Positions 11,780 through 19,641 of a stretch of 19,641 nucleotides of DNA are shown here, piece by piece. Made by a program: the position numbers and the translations under genes. The notes beneath the pieces were generated by a model that made no database searches, had not been told where the DNA came from, and was given only the letters and a program-made list of their open reading frames with translations. Numbering within the stretch: the stretch's first letter is position 1; every line of letters starts with the position of its first letter. The stretch is from Tubiluchus corallicola. Taxonomy: Eukaryota; Animalia; Priapulida. Where the stretch lies: assembly GCA_030141605.1 (NCBI GenBank), contig JAQGDQ010000730.1, forward strand, positions 86,524 through 106,164. The letters run 5' to 3'.

Positions 11780-12089
11780 GGCGTCGTCTCGTTGGGTGTC
11801 TCCGTAGATCATGGTTGCCGTGCTGCTGTTGTTGTTGTTGTTGCTGTTGTTGTTGTTGTTGTCGTCTCGTTGGATGTCTCCGTAGTATATGAGAGCGTAG
11901 ACCGTATTGCGTCATGACCGTATGACCACACACGTGGCAAAGAAAATTTCTTTCGTGGCCATAATGGTCGATCGCAACGTGCCTCAGCATAGCTCTCATA
12001 CTACGACAGACCCGCCCGCATATATCACAGGTGGCAATGACTAATCTTCTTACTAGCACCTGGGATCTGAAGATGCGGAGTGAGTCCAT
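10548..12089 (-). CDS. C2H2-like multi-zinc-finger protein (11 CxxC-x12-H units) with poly-Gln and poly-Asp linkers
   Basis: 513-aa ORF with good Kozak context (ACCATCATGG). Two canonical fingers (CDIC..RHVAIDH, CHVC..SHILRRH), three LRRH[P/L]TRR-polyQ repeats, then nine GPFLCxxCGxxFxTxxxLExH repeats. Confidence 0.85.
11616..11860 (-). repeat. (CAA/CAG)n microsatellites nested in three tandem coding repeats (poly-Q)
   Basis: Long (GTT)n runs on the + strand separated by near-identical spacers GGCGTCGTCTCGTT..TGTCTCCGTAGATCATGGTTGCC. Confidence 0.95.
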
Positions 12090-12139
12090 GATGGTCGCGT
12101 GTTATAGCGGGTGTTTGTTGATCTCCTATAAGGTGTATT

Positions 12140-12331
12140 CTGTAAGAAAATAATTAACACTAATCAAATGTTATAGCATGGAATTCGCGTGTGCACGCGT
12201 TATTGCAAAAGAAGAAGAATTTCGCTTAGGCGAATTATGATGTAATTAAAGTCTATTGCTTTGTTATTGAAAAAAAGCATTAAAGTACCATTATAAACTA
12301 AAAATATGCTAAAGAATAAAAGTACACTTAC
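12140..12331 (-). other. Predicted 5'-UTR intron of the zinc-finger gene
   Basis: Minus-strand GTAAGT donor at 12331 and TATTTTCTTACAG acceptor ending 12140, about 50 nt upstream of the ATG. Confidence 0.5.
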
Positions 12332-12458
12332 TGTAAATTTTGGAGCTTCCACGCTGCTGCCACAGTGGATACCAAAACACATATGGTGTTTTTCATTCGC
12401 TAAAGATCTCTTTTATTTCGAAAATAGCGAGCCAACGACCTCACACTTAAATTGTAAT

Positions 12459-12761
12459 TAGAAGGGATTTTTTCTCCCCCCAAATGCTATCACTTAATCA
12501 CGTTATTACACTCCAAATAACGTACTGTTTTTCTACAAAGAAATATATTAATGGTGATTATGTAGAAATTAAAATAAGCTTTGGTAATTGCGGTCTTAAA
12601 ATCATGCTACTAGAAGGGATTTTTTCTTCGTCAAATGCTCTCACCTAATCACGTTATTACACTCCAAATAACGTACTGTTTTTCTACAAAGAAATATATT
12701 AATGGTGATTATGTAGAAATTAAACTAAGCTTTGCTAATAGCGGCCTTAAAATCATGCCAC
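12459..12761 (+). repeat. Tandem duplication, ~152-bp unit x2
   Basis: TAGAAGGGATTTTTTC...AAAATCATGCYAC at 12459-12610 and 12611-12761, with a partial third unit to ~12797. Confidence 0.92.
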
Positions 12762-13092
12762 TATTAGGAAGCACAAATTAAAGTAAGCTTTGCTAATGTG
12801 TGCGAAAATCTACACTCTGTCAAAGTGCTAGAAAATCTCTTAATTAACATCATAATTATCGCATCATCTTGATGCAGCAACCGAAAAGTTTCCAACCACA
12901 CAAAATCCATGAAAAAAGAACCTTTAATGCGACAATGCACCTCTTCTGTGTCACTTAGCTAAGCGCGGATTAACCGCTATCAGGCGCCAACTTATTCGCG
13001 ATTTCAGAGATAAGGCTCCCCCCCCCCCAGGGTTGTAGTTCTGCATTCATATACTTCAAAGGTCTTTATGTGAGCTAGTTATATTAATATTC

Positions 13093-13534
13093 TTCGTATA
13101 TATGAAAAAAAAGCAATTGATTTTAGAGCATTGATAATTTGTATCCGAGAAAAAAAGGAGGACTTTTAATGCTTTAAAACAGGATAGAAAGATTTTAGAG
13201 CATCATTTTTCTTCGTTAATTTTAGAACATTGCTAAGAAAAGCTAGCTCCCCGTCATCGTTCTTCTTGTCTTTCAAAGACAGCATATGGAAAGAATAATT
13301 TAATATTCGCATTATTCGTATATATGAAAAAAACCAATTGATTTTAGAGCATTGATAATTCGTATCCGAGAAAAAAGGAGGACTTTTAATGCTTTAAAAC
13401 AGGATAGAAAGATTTTAGAGCATCATTTTCTTCGTTGATTTTAGAACATTGCTAAGAAAGCTAGCTCCCCGTCATCATTCTTCTTGTCTTTCAAAGACAG
13501 CATGTGGAAAGAATAATTTAATATTCGCATTATT
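13093..13534 (+). repeat. Tandem duplication, ~222-bp unit x2
   Basis: TTCGTATATATGAAAAAAA...AATATTCGCATTATT starting at 13093 and 13315, nearly identical apart from homopolymer lengths and a few substitutions. Confidence 0.93.
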
Positions 13535-15426
13535 GGAAAGCTAGTTGCTTTGCTAATTCGCTTAATGATATTGTGTGAAAGTATAATATATTTGCTCTAT
13601 TCTTCAATAATTTCTTTTTAAACAACTAATCGTATGAAGTAAGTAAACGCTTTTAGCAAATTATAATATTCGCCGTATTAATTCATATTCTTTTGACTAA
13701 TTTGTTAGCATTAGCAGTGAAGATAGACATATTATTATTAGGATATCTAAGAACCTATTGAAGATGGTTAATCTCGGATTGTGTGAAAAACATCCATTTC
13801 GGGTGATGGCTGTAAGTATTAATGTTTTGTACAATTCCCATGTGTTCTTACTAACAAGACACTTTGTCTGAAGACCCACTCAATTAATAGTCGCACTAAT
13901 AGCCGACCACCTAAATACTTTATTAGTCAGTTTAGAAAGCCTGCTGTTAAAAAAAGCTGTTTATGAAGTATTTTGAATTTTTCTGGAATCAGTGCCATGC
14001 AAGTCGAAGTCGTGTCTGACTCTGAGATGATGAGTAATTTTTTCAACAAAGGGTAGACGGTACCTGTGCTATATTGTGCTTGCTGTACATTCAAACGCGA
14101 ATTTTTAGTCTAATAGTAAAGCGCCTCAGTTTTTTTTCTCTTTGTACATCTAGACGCGCTTAAATAGCCGCGGGTGTCATGTCTCGCAAGTCAATTAAGT
14201 CCTCATTAGCTAGGTAGTCGAGTCAATTAGCGGATTAAGCAATAGACAGGTGGCCGCCTTGGCGTTTGATCAGATGAGTGCATTCGCTGTGTGAGGCATA
14301 TCAACTCCCATTCATTAGTCTTGCAAAACTAGCAATGATTCTAAAACCGATACGCAATGTTTTCTCTGTCGCAAAATGCTCTGTGACACACCTACCTTGC
14401 CAGAAAGTGGTATGCGTGACTTTGCTTTACTGGAGACCAGCGCTACAATATTGACTACTGACTGGTGCATCGTAATAAGGATCTGCCCCAGAAACCCAGA
14501 ATCGTGATTACCATGATCTGCTGGTGTTTACAATGACCACTCGTGGTCTATAGGTTTTTGTGTACAGTTCAAATAGTAGATTCAGACAGCGTGAAAGCAA
14601 TAGTATAATATAATACAATTATTTTTCATTTTTATGGATCATAATTTCCACATGAAACTCAAGTATTTATCAGCAGCGCAACAACAGTGACTTTCGAGGC
14701 AAATTGAGTGTCACACGTTACTTTCCGCAGGTGTGCGAGCTCTTCAAAGAGGAATTAACAGTGGCACACACGCAGACAGACAACTCCAAATTCAACAGTG
14801 CGAAATGATATTAAACTAATGTAAGAACTTTAGTCGCTCAGTTGCTAATGCTATCAGACAGGCAGGAAGGATTCAGAATGTCGAAAATTTAATAATAATC
14901 GTTGCATGGGGTCGCGTGGCAGCAGCTATATGCGTCGTTAGGCAACGGAGCGCATCGATGTTAAAATCGTATTGAGAATCGAGGGTTGAATTTTCGTCAC
15001 GCGATCATGTTAAGAAGTGAGACCGCCGCATGGCAAGAATGTTGTCAGTCATGGTCTGTCACTTTTACGTGAAGCGAATCACTGGTTCTCGTGGTGAGTT
15101 GGAAATTGTATAATTAAGAAAACATTCAGCACACTGTGATTATCTACTCAGCTAGGAAAAATATTTTGCTTGACATATTTAGCCATTGGTTTTGGTTTTG
15201 TTTTAACTTTTACTGCCGAGAAACGAAGGGTTTGACAATTACTTAAGAAAATCAGATTGACACATTGATATATCAAAATGTAAAGATAATTTTAACTATC
15301 ATTAGTTATTATTGTTCTGACGGGTAAAAAAAGTGGATGACGACCAAAGATCAGGCTCTGCTTTAGGTAATACCGCGTCATCATCATCATCATCGTTGGA
15401 TACAGTTGACAAAAAATAAGGAAACC

Positions 15427-15775
15427 CAGAAATTAATCATGTTCGGCGAGGTGTGAGTAGACTGTCTGTTACACGTGCTAATGGTCAGTCCGTGCTAACA
15501 ATCGTGCTCGGCGGTGTGTGCGCGTGTGAGTAGACTGTATGTTGCACGATGCGACCACATTGGATGAAGCGAAGGAGGCTTTTCGGCGACGACTCAGAAA
15601 TTAATCATGCTCGGCGATGCGTGAGTAGACTGTATGTTACACGTGGTGACGCTCGTGCTAATGGTCGGCCCGTGCTAACAATCGTGCTCGGCGGTGTGTG
15701 CGCGTGTGAGTAGACTGTATGTTGCACGATGCGACCGCATTGGATGGAGCGAAGAAGGCTTTTTCGGTGACGGCA
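15427..15775 (+). repeat. ~170-180-bp tandem sub-repeat x2 (also 18553-18910)
   Basis: CAGAAATTAATCATG..CGGCGA..GTGAGTAGACTGT... units start at 15427 and 15595 (18553 and 18733 in copy C). GTGAGTAGACTGT occurs twice per unit. Confidence 0.9.
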
Positions 15776-15794
15776 TCCATCCATCTCAGATAAA

Positions 15795-16449
15795 GGTAGG
15801 ATAAAATTTTTAAAAATTGTATCGCAACTTAGACGCGCATAAAAGAACATTCTAACCCGGATGAGGGTGGGGTAAAATTTTTAAAAATTGCAAGGCAATT
15901 TAGACTCGCATAAAAGAACATCCTAACCATTTAACGACGACGACGAGACTGCTGCACCTGGGTAGAGAAATCTTTTAGCCCATTATCTAGCTAGCTAGGC
16001 GGCGAGGCGAGAGTCGATTACCGGATTAGCCACAATTAGGGTGGAGCAAGCAAAGTGCGCAGCGAGCGCGCGTCGAACGGACGACTGCATTTAGCGCGGA
16101 GGGGGGGGTGTTCTCGCCGGGCGCACCCCCCCCCAAAGCGTGCGGGAGTTCCAACCGTCACTCCTAATCCTTAAATCGAGCACTTAACTAGCGCAACAAT
16201 AGACCCACTTCACTTTTTTAGGGGGGTGATTTTTGTTCCCACCCCCGGCAGCCGAGGGGGGCGTGGCCCGTCGACCAACCGTCACTCCTAATCCTTAAAT
16301 TGGTCACTTAACTAGCACGACAATAGAGCCACTTCACTTTTTTAGGGGTGTTTCCGGATTTTCGCACTTTTTTAGGGGTGTTTTTCCCCACCCCCCCGGG
16401 GAAATCCCCACCCCCCCCGGGAAATCGGCCAGAGGTGTAACATCTAACC
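15795..16449. repeat. Putative terminal-inverted-repeat core: 71-bp and 124-bp period iterons, G/C hairpins, G-tracts
   Basis: TAAAATTTTTAAAAATTG..GCATAAAAGAACAT.CTAACC twice (15802, 15873); CCAACCGTCACTCCTAATCCTTAAAT..CCACTTCACTTTTTTAGGGG twice (16151, 16275); stem G8TG/CAC8 at 16101-16133. TIR status is inferred because no partner is in the window. Confidence 0.6.
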
Positions 16450-17187
16450 ATGTTGCACGATGCGACCGCATTGGATGGAGCGAAGAAGGCTTTTTCGGTG
16501 ACGGCATCCATCCATCTCAGATAAAGGTAGGATAAAATTTTTAAAAATTGTATCGCAACTTAGACGCGCATAAAAGAACATTCTAACCCGGATGAGGGTG
16601 GGGTAAAATTTTTAAAAATTGCAAGGCAATTTAGACTCGCATAAAAGAACATCCTAACCATTTAACGACGACGACGAGACTGCTGCACCTGGGTAGAGAA
16701 ATCTTTTAGCCCATTATCTAGCTAGCTAGCTAGGCGGCGAGGCGAGAGTCGATTACCGGATTAGCCACAATCAATTAGGGTGGAGCAAGCAAAGTGCGTA
16801 GCGAGCACGCGTCGAACGGACGACTGCATTTAGCGCGGAGGGGGGGTGTTCTCGCCGGGCGCACCCCCCCCAAAGCGTGCGGGAGTTCCAACCGTCACTC
16901 CTAATCCTTAAATCGAGCACTTAACTAGCGCAACAATAGACCCACTTCACTTTTTTTAGGGGGTGATTTTTGTTCCCACCCCCGGCAGCCGAGGGGGGCG
17001 TGGCCCGTCGACCAACCGTCACTCCTAATCCTTAAATTGGTCACTTAACTAGCACGACAATAGAGCCACTTCACTTTTTTAGGGGTGTTTCCGGATTTTC
17101 GCACTTTTTTAGGGGTGTTTTTCCCCACCCCCCCGGGGAAATCCCCACCCCCCCCCGGGAAATCGGCCAGAGGTGTAACATCTAACC
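16450..17187 (+). repeat. Terminal block copy B (738 bp), tandem duplicate of 15719-16449
   Basis: Starts ATGTTGCACGATGCGACCGC immediately after copy A and ends at the same GGTGTAACATCTAACC. Shares copy-A variants (GAAGAAGG, CGGTGACGG, short CATC run). Confidence 0.97.
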
Positions 17188-17188
17188 G

Positions 17189-19606
17189 CCTGTGCTATAT
17201 TGTGCTTGCTGTACATTCAAACGCGAATTTTTACTCTAACAGTAAAGCGCCTCAGTTTTTTTTCTCTTTGTACATCTAGACGCGCTTAAATAGCCGCGGG
17301 TGTCATGTCTCGCAAGTCAATTAAGTCCTCATTAGCTAGGTAGTCGAGTCAATTACCGGATTAAGCAATAGACACGTGCCCGCCTTGGCGTCTGATCAGA
17401 TGAGTGCATTCGCTGTGGGAGGCATATCAACTCCCATTCATTAGTCTTGCAAATCTAGCAATGATTCTAAAACCGATACGCAATGTTTTCTCTGTCGCAA
17501 AATGCTCAGTGACACACCTACCTTGCCAGAAAGTGGTATGCGTGACTTTGCTTTACTGGAGGCCAGCGCTACATTATTGAGCACTGTCTGGTGCATCGTA
17601 ATAAAGATCTGCCCCAGAAACCCAGAATCGTGATTACCATGATCTGTTGGTGTTTACAATGACCACTCGTGGTCTATAGGTTTTTGTGTACAGTTCAAAT
17701 AGTAGATTCAGACAGCGTGAAAGCAATAGCATAATATAATACAATTATTTTTCATTTTTATGGATCATAATTTCCACATGAAACTCAAGTATTTATCAGC
17801 AGCGCAACAACAGTGACTTTCGAGGCAAACTGAGTGTCACACGTTACTTTCCGCAGGTGTGCGAGCTCTTCAAAGAGGAATTAACAGAGGCAGACACGCA
17901 GACAGTCAACTCCAAATTCAACAGTGCGAAATGATATTAAACTAATGCAAGAACTTTACTCGCTCAGTTGCTAATGCAATCAGACAGGCGGGAAGGATTC
18001 AGAATGTCGAAAATTTAATAATAATCGTTGCATGGGGTCGCGTGGTAGCAGCTATACGCGTCGTTACGCAACGGAGCGCATCGGTGTTAAAATCGTATTG
18101 AGAATCGAGGGTTGAATTTTCGTCACGCGATCATGTTAAGAAGTGAGACCGCCGCGTGGTAAGAATGTTGTCAGACATGGTCTGTCACTTTTACGTGAAG
18201 CGAATCACTGGTTCTCGTGGTGAGTTGGAAATTGTATAATTAAGAAAACATTCAGCACGCTGTGATTATCTACTCAGCTAGGAAAAAATATTTTGCTTGA
18301 CATATTTAGCCATTGGTTTTGGTTTTGTTTTAACTTTTACTGCTGAGAAACGAAGGGTTTGACAATTACTTAAGAAAATCAGATTGGCACATTGTTATAT
18401 CAAAATGAAAAGATAATTTTAACTAACATTAGTTATTATTGTTCTGACGGATACAAAAGTGGATGACGACCAAAGATCAGGCTCTGCTTTAGGTAATACC
18501 GCGTCATCATCATCATCATCGTTGGATACAGTTGACAAAAAATAAAGAAACCCAGAAATTAATCATGTTCGGCGAGGTGTGAGTAGACTGTATGTTACAC
18601 GTGCTAACGTTCGTGCTAATGGTCAGTCCGTGCTAACAATCGTGCTCAGCGCTGTGTGCGCGCGTGAGTAGACTGTATGTTGCACGATGCGACCACATTG
18701 GATGAAACGAAGGAGGCTTTTCGGCGACGACTCAGAAATTAATCATGCTCGGCGACGCGTGAGTAGACTGTATGTTACACGCGGTAACGTTCGTGCTAAT
18801 GGTCGGCCCGTGCTAACAATCGTGCTCGGCGGTGTGTGCGCGTGTGAGTAGACTGTATGTTGCACGATGCGACCGCATTGGATGGAGCGAAGGAGGCTTT
18901 TTCGGCGACGGCATCCATCCATCCATCCATCCATCCATCTCGGATAAAGGTAGGATAAAATTTTTAAAAATTGTATTGCAACTTAGACGCGCATAAAAGA
19001 ACATTCTAACCCGGATGAGGGTGGGGTAAAATTTAAAAAAATTGCATGGCAATTTAGACTCGCATAAAAGAACATCCTAACCATTTAGCGACGACGACGA
19101 GACTGTGCACTGCTGCACGTGGCTAGAGAAATCTTTTAGCCCATTATCTAGCTAGCTAGGCGGCGAGAGTCGATTACCGGATTAGCCACAATTAGGGTGG
19201 AGCAAGCAAAGTGCGCAGCGAGCGCGTGTCGAACGGACGACTGCATTTACCGCGGAGGGGGGGTGTTCTCGCCGGGCGCACCCCCCCCCCCAAAGCGTGC
19301 GGGAGTTCCAACCGTCACTCCTAATCCTTAAATCGAGCACTTAACTAGCGCAACAATAGACCCACTTCACTTTTTTTAGGGGGGTGATTTTTGTTCCCAC
19401 CCCCGGCAGCCGAGGGGGGCGTGGCCCGTCGACCAACCGTCACTCCTAATCCTTAAATTGGTCACTTAACTAGCACGACAATAGAGCCACTTCACTTTTT
19501 TAGGGGTGTTTCCGGATTTTCGCACTTTTTTAGGGGTGTTTTTCCCCACCCCCCCGGGGAAATCCCCACCCCCCCGGGAAATCGGCCAGAGGTGTAACAT
19601 CTAACC
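17189..19606 (+). repeat. Terminal block copy C (~2.4 kb)
   Basis: Colinear with 14063-16449 and ends at the same 3' sequence. Followed by TACT and then unrelated sequence. Confidence 0.97.
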
Positions 19607-19641
19607 TACTTGTTTCCATTACCGCCTGACTTGCCCACGCG

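Larger units (their letters stand above)
14063..16449 (+). repeat. Terminal block copy A (~2.4 kb), direct repeat of 17189-19606
   Basis: Starts CCTGTGCTATATTGTGCTTG, ends GGTGTAACATCTAACC; colinear with copy C at a few percent divergence. Confidence 0.97.
1..19610. mobile_element. Right part of a degenerate Maverick/Polinton (adintovirus-like) element; left end lies outside the window
   Basis: Contains a protein-primed PolB with Polinton-type motifs and a long GC-rich, sub-repeated terminal region ending ...CTAACCTACT at 19610 (reverse complement 5'-AGTAGGTTAG; Polinton termini are 5'-AG...CT-3'). A fragment of the same terminal sequence sits inside polB (3571-3809), linking the two ends. 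The partner TIR and TSD are not visible, so the extent is inferred. Confidence 0.6.

Noticed and set aside
10360-11917. Overlapping ORFs rich in poly-V, poly-C, poly-L, poly-H and poly-T (10385-10879, 11014-11283, 11039-11308, 11414-11917, 11532-11714, 11608-11892 on +; 10360-10608 on -)
   Set aside because: Antisense or alternative-frame shadows of the trinucleotide repeats in the zinc-finger gene.
12186-12199. CGCGTG-TG-CACGCG small palindrome
   Set aside because: A single 6-bp stem in a predicted intron, compatible with chance.
16400-16449. Helitron 3' end or non-LTR tail at the shared terminus
   Set aside because: No hairpin-plus-CTRR end, no poly-A tail, and no Rep/Hel or RT coding sequence in the window. 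Not strictly excluded, but unsupported.
16213-16449. TTTAGGG and CTAACC motifs as a telomeric array
   Set aside because: Isolated single motifs inside larger iterons, not tandem telomeric repeats.
15605-19052. Short ORFs in the terminal repeats (15605-15850, 16308-16511, 17085-17279, 18743-18934, 18813-19052)
   Set aside because: Frames are not conserved between repeat copies (indels, CATC expansion), some span copy junctions, and none has recognisable motifs.
14063-19606. 2.4-kb direct repeats as LTRs of a retrotransposon
   Set aside because: No TG...CA ends, no PBS or PPT, no gag/pol between them, and the intervening DNA is just another partial copy.

Overview
AT-rich eukaryotic (probably invertebrate) DNA that reads as the right-hand ~19.6 kb of a decaying Maverick/Polinton (adintovirus-like) element. 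From left to right it contains: (1) a frameshifted protein-primed family-B DNA polymerase pseudogene (+, ~439-4874) with an apparently spliced Ser/Thr/Pro-rich N-terminal extension, whose catalytic motif-A segment is replaced by a 0.49-kb insertion copied from two other parts of this window; (2) repeat-rich non-coding DNA; (3) a minus-strand exon-like remnant (8959-10090) with inverted paralogous blocks at 14009-15430; (4) an open 513-aa poly-Q/poly-D C2H2-like zinc-finger gene (-, 10548-12089); (5) a GC-rich, hairpin- and iteron-rich terminal region present as three tandem copies that share one right end (...GGTGTAACATCTAACC) but start at different points. The last copy continues to ...CTACT at 19610, which fits a Polinton-type 5'-AGTAG terminus. 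I recognised no integrase, capsid, packaging ATPase or protease gene in the window. All alignments were done by eye.
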